Notes: generated by a model from the sequence alone, not told the origin. A DNA stretch of 64,000 nt from Adineta vaga (GCA_021613535.1 CP075497.1:13454001-13518000); one strand, 5' to 3'. Counted from the stretch's first letter, positions 24,436-38,900 are shown. Numbers and translations: made by a program.

Positions 24436-27400
24436 ATGCATCGATTCAAAGCTACAATATCGAATAAAGTGAAAGCACGACGTCTACAACGTCGAGAAAT
24501 GGTAAACCAATTGTTCCAAACTTTAGATATTAGTTCCAGCGATGATGATGCTGATGCTGATTCAAGATGTGATGAACCAGCTGAAGGTAGGCCACAATCT
24601 TTATCAGAAAATGTTCCTTTAGATTTATCACATCCAAAACCAATGAATTATCAAAATGACCAATTCGACGCCACTCATATATTTGATGAAGAACCTGTTG
24701 AATTTGACAATTCTGAAAGATTGTTCGATGGTAGTAATATAACAACGAAGGACGCTGTGCGTCGACTAACATCGTTTATGGTTGATAACAACATTAACAA
24801 ACAAACTGCTATTAATTTACTTCGTATTATCAAAGTGTTATTACCGACTCCAAATGGTTTACCAACAACTTGGAAAGGGATTATGAAAATATTGAATCAC
24901 ATATCAACAGCACGTTCGTCGTATTTATGTTCCAGTTGTCTTAGACAATGTAAAAAAAGGTGCGTATGGTGTTAAGTTATGTGATAATGAAGAATGTCTG
25001 AAAAACAATCGTATGTTAAAGTCAACTGAAATTGTCGAATTAACTCATTTGGACATTCGAAATCAGCTTCAATCTATTTTAACTAGAAACCAAATTCTAC
25101 TTAATCGAAAAGATCTTTATCCAATTACAGACGTTTGTTTTGGAAATTTTTATCAAAACCAATCAAATACAATGATCAATCGACTTACTTTAATTGTTCA
25201 TGTTGATGGTGCACCAATTGTTAAATCATCTAAACAAAATCCTTGGCCTTGCTTCGCTTCAATTGTCGAGTTACCACCACCAGTACGTAACCACTAGAAA
25301 AACATTGTTCTTATGTCTTTATGGCTTTCGAGAAAAAAACCAGATGCAAATGTATTTCTTGAAGAAACGATCGAAGAACTCGGACAACTAATTAATACTG
25401 GAACATCAATATTTATTAATGGCTTTGAATATCAAATTACTATACGAACACAATATTTTGTATCTGATCTGCCAGCGAAAGCTTTATTCTGCAAAACTGT
25501 TAATTTTAATGGTTATTCGGCGTGCACAGAATGTTGAACTACAGGTATGTCTAGTTATATTTCATTTTTTTTGATACTTTAGGAAAACTTTGTCTGTTTG
25601 AGTTTCATCTACTTGTTATCAGTATTAAGTATTTAATACGTAAAATCATCTGAATGAATACAATTCTTTATAGAGATTTGGATTTCTGATATATACTTGA
25701 CGTTAGCACCTAAACACTGTATGTATCGAAAAGACATTATCTATCGGTGTTACAATACACTTGATGATAATTGATAATCTATTAAATAAATATTCGCTTG
25801 CATTCCGTTCACATGATTTAGTTTTATTTCAGTTCTAATTTTCCTTCATACAATTTTCAATGATATAGTAATACTTCTTTAGTTTTTCACAGGATAAATT
25901 CATTTCTTTATAGAAAACTTAAATTCTTTTACTCACATGTGAAAATATTGTATCCTTTCTAATAGGGCAATGGAGTGCACAAAACAATATGGTTGTTTAT
26001 CCATTTACCAATAATAATCTTACACCTCGAACACATAATGAATATCTTGATGCAGCAAAAGAAGCGCAGAAAAAGTCTATTAATGGAAAAAGTGTATCCA
26101 TTCGTGGAATTAAAGGCCTTTCAATGTTATTTCAGGTAGGCATTATTTTGTGCTTTTTGCCACATTTCTTACGCAAAGAACGTACTCGGATAAGATACAT
26201 GGGACAAAAAGCATAGCTATTAGGATTTTCCTGTGTGTCACCATAATCATTATGTTCGAAGATGCTATACTGTCAAAGTTACTGGGATAAAATATCTCAA
26301 TATATCGAAGAGGACATATAAGAACAGACGCCATAATTAGCAGTAAATTCCGATTTATTTTACTCCATTTATCTAATCTGATTTTATGATGAAAACAAAT
26401 TGTATTTTTCTTATTATGTTTTATTTTTTACTTCAGGTGTTTGAATATCCTTCTCAAATTGTATTTGACTATATGCATCTTGTATGTCTTGGTCACATTC
26501 CATCTGTTATCAGACGTTGGTGTAAAAATGTCGATAAAACATCTTTAAATGAAATTGATAATTTATTAGGTCAACTTTATTTACCACATAATTTAAATGT
26601 ACCCTTTTTAGAATCCATTCAACGTGCTGATCAATGGAAAGCTAAGAATAGCTGGTTGTTCGTACTGAATGTTGGTACACCTGCTGCTATACTTCATCTT
26701 CCGAAAATTTTAGCATCACATTTTTTACTTTATTCTATGGTAATTATCATGCTTCATGCACCTAGATCTAGTGATGAAATTGACATGGCAGAACAGGTAA
26801 TGAATTATTATTGTAAAACGGCACCTTTAATACATGATTCATCAATCGAATTGTTTTCACTTCATGCACATATTCATCTTGCACAACAAGTTAGACGACA
26901 TGGTGGTCTTGGACATACATCTGCTTTTGGCTTCGAATCATATGTCCGTTTTATTCAAAAGAAAGCCCATATGGTAGTAAAGATCTTGGTACACAAATTA
27001 CCTACTGGATTGACCTGCAAACAACGATGCAAACAAAGATAAAAAATCCGACATGTACAGCAATCAATGTAAGTATAATATTTCCTGATAACGTTTTCCA
27101 CTTTCTGAAAAAATATTCTAGGAAATCAAATTAAAAGATCGACGACTTAGTATGTATCAAATTTTTGTTTTGCAACATTTGGCAAATTATAAACTTGATG
27201 TGAATTCGTGCAATTTTTACCTACGATTCAAAAGTTTCTTCATCACATATCATACGACTATTTATGATCAACCATTCAAATGCCAAAGTTATATTATTAT
27301 CGTCTTTATTCAAACAAATTTACAGTTCTATGTTTTCATTCAAAAGTACAGATCAAGTCAAAAATTCGTTTCACATTACGTCGATATTCCTTATTCATTA

Positions 27401-27553
27401 CATATGAAAGTGGATGCGTTATTTCCTTTGGTAGAATTGTCCGACGAATTTGCCTTTATTCCTGTAGAAAAAATACGTCACAAATGTGTGAAAATTCCAT
27501 TCGACGGTGTTTTTTGTTTATCTGAAATACGATTGGATTATGAACATGACTAG
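24436..27553 (+). pseudogene. EnSpm/CACTA TnpD-like transposase, multi-exon, disrupted
   Basis: Motifs VDGAPIVKSS..WP, DLPAKA...NGY.AC..C, DYMHLVCLG, WKA, HIHL..QVRRHG.L...SAFGFES. In-frame stops at 25295 and 25535, plus frameshifts at ~24955 and ~26965. Confidence 0.9.
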
Positions 27554-27599
27554 TCGTTTCTTTTTCTTACGAAAAATCTATTCTTGTTTTATTTTCTTT

Positions 27600-29656
27600 A
27601 TATTAGATATATTGTAGATTGCTTTGTATTCATAACCAACCATATTCATATCCATATCCACAACAAATACCTATGCTAAACATTATTTAAATCGACGAGC
27701 AATTTCTGATGTTGAAGTTTATAAATTGGTTTTATTTCCGTCGGACAATACAATTGCTGTTGTTAAATTAAAACAATGTTCACCAGCTGAACATGATGGA
27801 TTTATTTTTGTTCAAAGTGGTCGAAAAAAATTTACTGGTATTCCTCTTGAAGAAGGTAAATGCGTAACAAATATATTAGACATCTGTAAAGTATAGATCA
27901 ATTTGAACAACATATGATAATTGTTTTTACGTAGTCTTTAGGAAGATTAACTTCTTGAATTTAAATGTTTATTACCGTTTTATGTCTTCAAGTGAGAAAA
28001 ATTGTAAAACTGAAATAATGACAAGAAAAAGATTTTATTTGTACTAATTTCCGAAGAAATGTTTTTTTTGACATATTACTTAAAGCCACGAATTCACCCT
28101 TTTTGATTGCATATTATAATTTCATTTATTTTTCTTTGTGTAGGAACTTTTTTGGAATGTAGTCAAGCAGCTGATCGATTAACAAAGAAAACTGTCAAAC
28201 CTGAAATTGAAAGTGATTATGAACGTAACAATGAAGAAAATCCACCGAAACGACAAAAGAGTAAGAAAAATATTAATTACATTCTTCTCTTTTATTAACT
28301 TGATTGTAATTTAATGTAGAAAATCTATCTGAAATTTCTTCATTAAGTAGTGTTCCATTTAACGGTATGTTTCTTTAAATCAGAGGTATTTTCGTCTCTT
28401 TATTTTGTTCTTTTTTAGAACAAAATCCTAACATTCAATCACATAGCACATCTTCGATTAATATGTCTATTGATCATCCAGGTATATCGACAATATTTTT
28501 TTACATAGAAAAATATATTTCTTTTTATTTTAATAGATGGTACACGTTCTGGTTTATTAATAAATAATCCATGCAAGTTTTTCTTGAATTATGATGTAAA
28601 AACCAATCGTTCTTTTTTAGCTTCCATTAGTACTAACGACATATCGACAAACACATCATCATCTATCACGTTAAAGAAAGACTGCTCAACAACATCTCAT
28701 GTCGAAGTATCGAAAAACGATTTGCACAAACATCAACACCATTCTCGACCTAAACCATCATCAGGTGTATTGTTTGATCCAATTGACAATTCTGATAGTG
28801 CATCAAGTGATAGTGAACCAGAAACGTCTGCTGATGCTCTACGTCGTACACATACACATGCAGATCAATCATTAACAAACGAAGTTCCTGCATTTGTTGG
28901 TCATCATATTAGTGACGACAATACTAAATCAAAGAAAAAGAAGAAGCAGAAGTCTGATACATCAACATCGTCTAGTATGCAACAAGTATTAACTTTCATG
29001 AACAAATTCGAGTCTAAATACTTGAAGCCACTTCTTGTCAAACAAGAAAAAACTGAAGCTACATTGAAGTGTTTATACAATAATCAGAAGAAAATCCAAA
29101 ATACTTTACGAAAACAAAAGGTAATTTATCTTGATACAAAGGTTTTTCATTTAATCTTTTCGTATAGATGAACATTTCAATTAGTGATCCAGATGTTACA
29201 GATGAATCTTTAGAAGATAAAAGTTTTCTGACTTCTTTGGTATGATATATCTTTTGCAATGGTGAACTAAAGGTTGAACTCAAATATTTTATTTATTTAG
29301 GAATTTACATCAACAGATGGTGTTGTTGTTGATCTGATAAAACATAATGGTGTTAAAGAACATGCAAATCGTTATGTGACATCATTGATGGATGTTCTTT
29401 TTAAATCTGAAGATCTCAAAGCTATTGAAACAAAAGATATGGTCAAAGATCATCGGTATAATTTATTGAAAGGTTAGTGAAGATAATCTATTGATTTTTT
29501 ATACTATGAGCTGTTGTTTTAGAAGCTGTTCGAAGTAAATTTCGTCTATGTTCTGATGAACTTGACAATATATAGGATTGGCTCCATAATGTTATATTAG
29601 CTAAACGTCGTACAGTTATTGGTAAAGATAGAAAAACCGAAGTACATAATCAATAA
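27600..29656 (+). pseudogene. Second CACTA gene (TnpA-like accessory protein with a possible C-terminal BEN-like helical domain)
   Basis: Many short GT-AG exons inside the TIRs. S/K-rich middle, a coiled coil, and C-terminal RYVTSLMDVLF...EAVRSKF...AKRR with an in-frame TAG at ~29571. The start is uncertain. Confidence 0.6.
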
Positions 29657-30185
29657 AGTAAGAATCAGAGCTGGGAACAGGCCACTTTTTTCTGGCCTGG
29701 CCTGGCCTGTAGCCTGCCTGGATATAGCATTGGCCTGCCTGGGGTAAGGCTGAGTTAGACTGCTTCCGTTCTTAGCCTGGCCTGGCCTGGCCTGGCAGGC
29801 CATCAGGCGCCTGTCCAGGCCAAGTGGAAATTTTAAGTTTTTTAATCGATCAAATCATAAAACTATGGATTGAGTTATAGTTCCAACTTTAGTTATGTAA
29901 TTTATTTTCATAATTATAGAACAATATAACATTTTCTTATCACGAAAATACTAAGTCAAGATAAAGAGAGAACTCACCACTATTGTATATGTTTTTCACA
30001 AACGAAGATTTGAATTATTGATATTGTGCTATATCAATATTTTCACATATAAAGAAAAGATATTTTTACATATTTATAAAACCAATGTGTTTCAGGATTA
30101 AATGACAAGTAAAATCAAGATCAGACGAGAAGAAGAGAAAAAATCACGAATAAGTAACAATAACAATACGAAAAAGTATTTACAC

Positions 30186-33080
30186 TTAATTTTCTATTTT
30201 AATGGCACTACGAATACAAATCATGTTGTCTAGTTGATCAGGATCTAAAGCAGATCTTCTGCTGGTTAATGTAAGTCCAGCAATGCTGAACTGCCTTTCC
30301 ACTCCAGCACTAGTTGATGGAATGCTGTGAATTTGTCGAGCTACCTTTGATAGGCGAGGCAATTGATCAGTATTTGATTTCCAAAATTTAAGAACATCAT
30401 AATCATAATCATTCATATCGATTTTCATTGATAAATATCGACTTAGTTCATCAGATTGATTAATTATAGGTAATGAATATTCAATACTTCGAATATCATC
30501 ATCATCATTATCCCATTCATCATCATATGGGTTTCCATTTCCATCATCTTTAAAATCGTCCAGAATAGATGAATATTCTGGTTTAAGAGGTTTCTTATTT
30601 TGTATTACATTGTTATTTTTGTGTTGTTTTTCAACCAATTCCAGTTGTTCTCGTACATATGCAAAAGATTCAATTCTTTCTTCGTTTGTACATCCTTTAA
30701 GACTACGATAGTCTGGATGCAAAAGTGTAGCACAATAATGTCTAATATCTAAATCAACCATGTCATGTAACAATATTGATATTCGTTGACGAATATAACT
30801 TACACCTAAAATACTAACTGTACACGAAAAAACACGTTTTTTTTAATGATTTTACCTTCATCTTCTTGATCATCATCAAAATTTTCACTAGCATCATGAT
30901 TTTCATATTTGCAAATATGTTGTACAAGATTATCGAAAGATTTTAATGCTTTTCGAAGACTTAAAGTGCATGGCAAAACCAAATACAATGTTGGCTTTGA
31001 TCCTGATTGCACCATTTTAATAATTGATTGAAATGGTTTCAAAAGACGTATTATTTGTTTCACCAAGTACTGATTCACACCAGATAATCTATATTGTTGT
31101 TTTCGAGATATTAAAACATTTCTAATATGTATAAATGATGTATTTATACTTTTCTAAGGAATTTATCAAAGAGACCCATCGAATAACAATAGCTTGTTGT
31201 ACTCCAACACCACCAACTTCTTTAATGTGTGTATTTAAACCAGCCTATTCAAAATCAAAACAATTCACATAATTAATTCACTGAGAATAGGGTATGAAGT
31301 ACGAACTTACTTGTTTAATATACTTTGCTAATGATTTACATTCGACAATTGTTTTAATTATAAGTTGAGCAGCTGGTGGAGTATCGGTGAGTTTTATTGT
31401 CATCACTTGTTCTTTCAAATCTGTTGTATGACGATTTGAACTTTTATTCACTTTTATTGGTTTCAATGGAATACAATATGCATCATCTTCATTATCATCT
31501 TCTTCTTCATCAGTAACAGATTTTTCATCAGAAGTAGTTAATGAGATAGATGCTTGTTTTTGATGTTGAAAAAATCCTCGTTTACGAACATTATTTAACC
31601 TATGTCCATAACAAGTAATTGGATGTAAATGTCGAAATGCTTTTAAAAAATTAGCACCTCTATCACAAACAATATTGACCATGAATAAATCATCAATTCC
31701 AAAAGTAGCCATTTCATTTTGTAAAACCTGTAAGAAACATTAGTAAAAAAAATATTATTAGAAGTTTATTAATAAATGAAGTGTTAAAATTACAGTAAAA
31801 ATATTTTCAGCAGTTTTTTCTACTTCAGGAAACTGTCTACAGAAAAGATCGATTGTATGATACTTATAATTTTGATCAACAATCACAGCTGTGACTCCAA
31901 GATAAGAAATTTGATTGTATTTGTCGCACCAAAGATCGGGCGATATCGACAAACATTTGTTATTATACGGTTCTTGCAATAATTCTTTGATATTTTGACG
32001 ATAAGATTTTGCTACAGCTTGTATATGAGTAGATATTGTTTTTCGACTACGAAGAATGTCATTGACATCAACATTTCCATAAATACTTCCTAAATTAATA
32101 TATTTCAATAGATATTCAATATAAAATGGATACATACCCAATCGCACACATTCTTGTACAAGTGCTCTAAGACCACTATCATCAATAATGGAAATAGGAC
32201 GAATATCACCACATATCCAATGTACAATCAAATCTTTAATTACCTTTGATTGTTCATCATTTAATGTTTTACGAACTAGCAACATTTTATCAATTTGTGT
32301 TTGTGTTGGAATTTGTATATTGTTATTCGTACAAGAATGATGCTTCATGTGAGCAGTTCCACTATTTGGACCATAAACAAAAGTTTTTTTACATAATCGG
32401 CAACTTGTATATCCAACAATCCTTTCAAAATCACCTGTTAATGTATTAAATTTTGCTGGAAAACCGAAACACGACCAATATGAAGCAACAGCTGATGGTG
32501 ATTTATTAACAATAATATCATATTTATGTTTTTCATATTTTAATAAATTTGATATTCTTTCACTAGAATAATACGAAGAGTTCGAACATGATAAATCATC
32601 TGTATTTGATAATGAAGATGATGAACGATTAATATTTGATGAAGGAGATAAAGAATCATTTGTATTTGATATCGATGATGATGATAAACGATTTATGTTG
32701 GTTGATGAAAATGATGAATTATTTGTAGTTGTTGATGAAGAAGAAAAAGAAGCAACTGGTGAACGATTTATATTTGTTGATGAAAATGATAAATTATTTG
32801 TAGTTGTTGATGAAGAAGACGACGAAACAACTGGTGAACGATTTATATTTGTTGATGAAAATGATGAATTATTTGTGGTTGTTGATGAAAATGATGAATT
32901 ATTTGTGGTTGTTGATGAAAATGATGAATTATTTGTGGTTGTTGATGAAAATGATGAATCATTTGTATTTGATGATGTAGAATTAGATACAGATATAATT
33001 TGAATATCATCAATTGACATGGCTGTTGGAATACATGAAGTAGAAGAAGTTGATGAAATATAAGAGTGTTCAGTTGACAT
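30186..33080 (-). pseudogene. hAT transposase (BED finger, DDE, hATC dimerization domain); five exons, one +1 frameshift at ~31150
   Basis: Motifs CRLC...HMKHH, DLWCD, CDRGAN, CYGH, RW, FWK...LPRLSKVAR...PSTSAGVERQFS. An extra A in the run after RWVSLINSLE breaks the frame. Confidence 0.9.
32690..32975 (-). repeat. 30-bp coding minisatellite (TTNNSSFSST) in the hAT transposase N-terminus
   Basis: gttgatgaaaatgatgaattatttgtggtt units, plus a higher-order ~75-bp duplication. Confidence 0.9.
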
Positions 33081-35289
33081 TGATTATTGAAATTGTGGTC
33101 TAAAATTATGGAAAAGACAAATATTTTCTATATTGGAACAGAATAAAGGGACATTTTTCTTGTCTGTATTGAACAAATAAAGTTAACCACACAACATAAT
33201 TCATATTACTTTTCCTTTTTTTCCTTTATCCATTATTTAATTAATTCGCTCATTCATTTGTATATATAAGAATATTCACCAATCATAAATAATACATCTA
33301 AAATATAGAAGAAAATCACTAGTTTGTGGTGCCATCTAATGTTTTTAAATTGCTGCTAGAAAAATATTTTTTTTAAGGCAGGCCAACAACTTTGGCCTGG
33401 CCTGGCCTGCAGACAGGCCACTATATCTACTGGACGGGCCAGGCCAGGCCAAATTTTCAAAAATTCAGCCTGGACGGGAGCCTGGCCTGCCAGGCCACCA
33501 GGCGCCTGCCAGTCGCCTGGCCTGATGCGCAGCTCTGGTAAGAATTATGCTTTCATAAGATGTTATTTCTAAAGTTCTCCCTATGATATAGTACAAATCA
33601 ATTGTTTATATTCCTCAATGAACCAGTTCAGTTGTTTTTTATTTCTTTATTCGGACATTTCCTGCTTGAACTAATGTTTACATTGTATATTTTTACATTT
33701 TTTTTATTTATTGAAAATACTTTTTTCGATGTCTGAACGTTTATTGTATATCTACTAATAAACATTTAATAAATGTGAAATAATAAATTAGGTTTTTCAC
33801 TATATCTGGAGAATCTCATCGCCAATTATTACTATAGTAATAACTAGGATAGTGTCAAAATATGATTACCTGATAATGCGATCATTCCGTCGCAATTGCG
33901 GGTCACAGTGCGATCGCAGTTGCGCTGCAATTGCGACGCAATTTCATCGCAATCGAAAACATGGGACGTCTAGTCGTTCGTCGGCCTCTTTCCGGTCGGC
34001 CACTCACGACTAGCCGTTCCTATGCACTCTCCCATTACATAATCTTTTCACGATCCACTTTCGAAGCGAATATACATATACGAATTTTCTTTGATTTCTT
34101 CATTAGAAGCCAATGAGTTTGTTTTAATACAATTCCGGAAAAGAAATTAGAAAGAGGAAGCACTAATTTATGTGATTAGAATTGCAGCACATTCGTTTAG
34201 CATAGTTTCCCATATTTTTAGAATATTCTTTAATATCCTTAATGTCTATGAATATCCAACAGTATAGAATCACACTCAGGTACTCCATTGTATCTGCTTA
34301 TTTCTTCAAAAGTTCTGCTGAAAATTCTGACATGTAATAGTCAACAACGCAAAAACGTTTTACCAAAACTTTTATCAAGCTTACAACTCTTCCGATTAGT
34401 TGAACTACAGTTTCCATGATGCTCTTATCAAATTTTATACTCAGAACTTCTAAACGGTTCTAATGGCATATTAAGCCACGAACACTGTCCAGTTCATTAC
34501 CTTTCATTAAGATTTGAAGGGATTTTACACAAGACATTTTCTTAAGGAAGAGAAAGGCAGAAGGCCCAAGCACAACAGATCAGAAAGAACTCACATCATA
34601 TTCAAATTCGTTATTATCGATAATCGTTGAACAAATTGTAACAAAAAATCGAGTGGCCTGATAGAAAAGACATAATGATTCACAAAAAACTAACGTCAGA
34701 TTCGAGATCCTCGACCTCATTTACCCCTTGGTTAACTTTTTCTCCTCACCCAGATCGGTCTTCATCACTTTGCTGAATTCTGATTGGATAGGACAGAATG
34801 ACAAACTTTTTGCATTTCAAACCGATGATTTTAACGCTGTACAACCCTTTCTTTCAGAAAAGGAAATAATCATTAGCGTGTCATGGATTTGTGTTTTTTC
34901 CTCTATTTCCTCTTACAAGAAAAGATTCGAAGGTTTTCTATATTTTGTTTTTCCACCAGAAAACTGTAACATCTGGTTTGTATCTAATCTTTTTTTTCAA
35001 GAATATATCAGTTGATTTTTCACTTGATAACAAAACTTATCATGTATCTTTTTTCAAATAAAATATAAAACATTTCATGATATATATTAGTTTCAACAGA
35101 ATATGAATCAGAATAAGATGCAATCTCTTCTTTTATATTAATATTCGATAAGTATTAAGCTTATATTTACCATTAGAACATTAGAAAATAAAACAACAGA
35201 TGTGTATAAATATTTAATAAAACAAAACAAAGGCGTTAAAATAATGAGAAAACGGAATAAATGAATCTGTTCATAAATATATATACATA

Positions 35290-35795
35290 CAGTAAAACCT
35301 CTCTATAGTGGACACTCTTGGGACCATTCAAAAGTGTCCACTGTAAAGAGGTGTCCACTATATAGAAGTGAGGTATTTTATAGAACAACTCTTTCAAACA
35401 CAGAGTAAATATGTTTTGTAGATACCTAACGGTTCCTAGTAAACAATACAAGATGCTACTGTGTATTTTTAATTGTTCTTACACGCATCTTAGCTCTCGA
35501 TAACTTCATAGTTGTCAAAAATCTAGTCGAATTTCTCTTATGAGCACCAATACACTTTTCAAAAATCTTCATCGTATATAATTATATTGAAATGTCCACT
35601 ATAGCGAGGTCCATTTCCTGAAAAAACTAACATCTGATACTTTCAAAACTGTCCACTACACGGGAGTGTCCACTATAGAGAGTGTCCACTATGTAGAGGT
35701 TCAATGCCAGCAAAAAGCGGTCCGTCGGACCTCAAAGTGTCCACTATATGGAGGTGTCCACTATATAGGAGTGTCCACTATGAGAGGTTCTACTG
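35290..35795. mobile_element. Tc1/mariner (pogo/Tigger-like) MITE
   Basis: TA|cagtaaaacctctctatagtggacac...gtgtccactatgagaggttctactg|TA, with many gtgtccacta subterminal repeats. Confidence 0.9.
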
Positions 35796-35796
35796 T

Positions 35797-35882
35797 ATAT
35801 ATATATGTCGTGTCGAAGTTACACTGTTTGTCGAAGTTATAACTTCGACAAACAGTGTAACTTCGACACGACATATATATAT
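35797..35882. repeat. Perfect spacerless 86-bp palindrome
   Basis: Self-complementary about 35839/35840. Each arm holds two tgtcgaagtta units. Confidence 0.95.
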
Positions 35883-35921
35883 TGAATATTTTATTCTATA
35901 TACAATAAGAAAATGTTTGAT

Positions 35922-38900
35922 ATGAAATATTGAATATTTTATTTTATTCTTATTGATTGTATTATATCTATACCACAAATCAAGAAAATGAAAATGAATA
36001 TATTGATGAAATAGGTATACGATTGAATTGTCTTCGACTTGGTTCAAATATAAATCAAATCAATATTAATCGATATATTTCATCTTATTGTATGAGTGAA
36101 TCATCATTAAAGTTTCCTATTGAAAATGATATTTCATTACAAAGAATTTCATTTAATTATCTTGCAAAAATGAATATAACAAGTGAAAATTTATATTTTT
36201 GTCAACACCAATTGATATTATTGAACAATATGAAATCTATTTAGAAACAATGATTTATCTTTATCAAAACAATTATTTTATAATTGTACATTCCCAAGAT
36301 TTGGATCAATGTGTCAATATGAATTATATTATTATGATGATAATTATTTATCATTATATGACCTAATTTTTAGTTATTATAAAGATAATACTTATTATCC
36401 AAGTAATTTAACTTGTTATAAACATTTAAAATGTTATCGTGGTCATTCACCAGCATGTTTAGATTGGACACAAATTTGTGATGGTAAAGTTGATTGTCTT
36501 AATGGAAATTTTGATGAAGAATATTGTTGGCAATTGGAATTAAATAAATGTGAAGAAAATGAATATCAATGTAATAATGGACAATGTATACCTAAGGAAT
36601 TTGTTCAAGATGATTTAGAAAATTTTGATTGTATTGATAGATCTGATGAACAAATGCAAACGAAATCTATGTCTTTACAATCTTTTACAAGTGAACCAAC
36701 ATTTGGATATGAAGATGCAATATGTCAACATATATTTATAACAAGTTCTTGTTTACGTGCACGTCAAGTAATATTAAATGTATTCAATGTTTTCAATAAA
36801 AGATAATGATGTATTACATGAATGTTGGTCAGCTTTTCAATGTTATTTATCTATTTCAATTTCGAAATTTCCGAGAATAACTTATAATACTATCAGTCAA
36901 GAATGTATACCAATTATTAAAGATAAATGTCCAGATATGTTATATATTCCTAATATTCCAATGTTCTTTGATCATATTTATACAGCTTACAATAAAACTG
37001 AAATATCACATGCATATCGAATAGAAACACCTTATTTATGTTCAAATAAATCTTTTTATGATGATTCACTTAGTTTAGTTGTAGAACCGTTATTAAATGA
37101 TTCAATGTGTTTTAAAGTTTCTAAATTTACTTCGTGGGAAATATCCGGTGTACCTCATTTCGAAGAACAATTTTTAAAACCTATGAATAATATTTTTAAA
37201 CAAATAAAACAAATTCATTCAATAATTCATTTTCCACTTTATCAATGTAATTAATCTTATTTATATCAATGTAAAAATTCATCAAAATGTATTTGATTTC
37301 ATCGTTTAATCAATACTATATATGATTGTCCTTATTATGATGATGAAAATATATTTGAAGATACAAATCCTCAATTATTTCAACAAATAAAATATAAATA
37401 TTATAAATGTTATCTTATCGATAAATATATTCCTTAAAGAGCACTATTTAATGGAATTTGTGATTGTGAATATGATTATTATATAATTTCTGTGAAGATG
37501 AAAATAAAGATCTAAATTATACTCGAAGAATTATATCTTTTCAAACAATTTGTGATAGTTTTCAAGAATTATATTCAATAATGATTGACGGAAAAAATCA
37601 AACAGATGAAACTGAATGTGAATTATGGGAATGTGATAATATTTATACTCATTGTGATAAAATATGGAATTGTTTAGATGGAAAAGATGAAATGAATTGT
37701 AATTCATCATTATTTAATTGTTCATTAGATTCACGAATGTGTGTAACATTTGATACATATGAATTAATATGTTTATCAATTAATAGATTTAATAATGGTA
37801 TAATCGACTGTATTGGTGGTACTGATGAATTAACATTATGTCGACCTCCTTATAGTTATATACATGGAGGATTTTATTGTCCGAATGCAATCCGTATACC
37901 ATGTCTCGATCCAATTGATTCATGTACAAACATTGCTTGGTGTTTTAATAAAGAAGATGAAAAATTTTGTCAAAAAAATCGATCAATTGAAATCGATTCA
38001 AGTATTTGTGAAGATAAATATATATCGTTTGGTTCTAATACTGAAAAGTTCTTATGTGATATTACAAAAGAATATGACAAAGAACGAATGAAAATATTTT
38101 ACAATTAATCAATTCAATCAATCATTTGAAAATGAAATCGTTTATAAAATATCTTTATCTGATAAGAAGAAATCAATTCCATCTATTGATAAATTTCCTT
38201 GTCATCGTGGTCTTGATTTACGTATTTGGTTAAATAAATCATTAAATAATTCTACAAATACATGTTTATGTCCATCAACTTATTATGGTTCATATTGTCA
38301 ATATCAAAATGAACGTTTAAGTTTAGCAATAAAATTTTATGTTTCAGTTGAATCACGACAAATTTTATTTTCAATTTTATTTTTACTTATTGATAATACA
38401 ACTGAACAAATAATTCATTCATATGAACAACTTACTTATTTATCAATACGAGATTGTAAAATGAAATTTCATTTTTATTTATTATATTCAACTCGACCAA
38501 AAGATTTCAATCGAACTTATTCAATACATATTGATATTTGTGAAAAATTATCTCTTAAATATCGAGCAAGTTTTCTTTATCCAGTCAAATTTTCTTTCTT
38601 ACCAGTTCATCGCTTAGCATTTGTTGTATATATTCCATCCGAAGATTCTTCAAGTGAAACTTGTTCAGATAAGAAATGTTTTCATGGAAAATGTCGAAAT
38701 TATATTAATACAAAAGACACATTCTGTCAATGTGATCAAGAATGCGGTCTGGACAATATTGTAATATTTCATATAATTCAACTTGTTCATTAAATTCATT
38801 ATCTATTTCTCAATCAATATGTATATGTAAAGATAATTATTTTGGTTCAAAATGTTATCTTAGAAATCGAATATCTGATAATAATCCATGTGAAAATAAT

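Larger units (their letters stand above)
29666..33537 (-). mobile_element. hAT transposon nested in the CACTA element
   Basis: TIR cagagctg..caggcca with GGCCT subterminal arrays. Exact 8-bp TSD GTAAGAAT at 29658-29665 and 33538-33545. Confidence 0.95.
23727..33965 (+). mobile_element. CACTA/EnSpm (CMC) DNA transposon, ~10.2 kb including the nested hAT
   Basis: Both ends read cccatgt-N18-tgcgtcgcaattgc in inverted orientation, with subterminal tgcgacgca repeats. It encodes an EnSpm-type transposase and a second gene. No TSD match (ta vs ac). Confidence 0.85.

Noticed and set aside
32695-33003. Acidic repetitive ORF (VVVDENDELF)n on the + strand
   Set aside because: It is the antisense shadow of the hAT coding minisatellite.
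35832-35847. cgaagttataacttcg resembles the outer ends of loxP (ATAACTTCG)
   Set aside because: Only 9 bp match, the arms are back-to-back, and there is no 8-bp spacer or vector sequence. Treated as coincidence.
35704-36047. Same peptide (IYICRVEVTLFVEVITSTNSVTSTRHIYI) on both strands
   Set aside because: A direct consequence of the perfect palindrome, not a gene.
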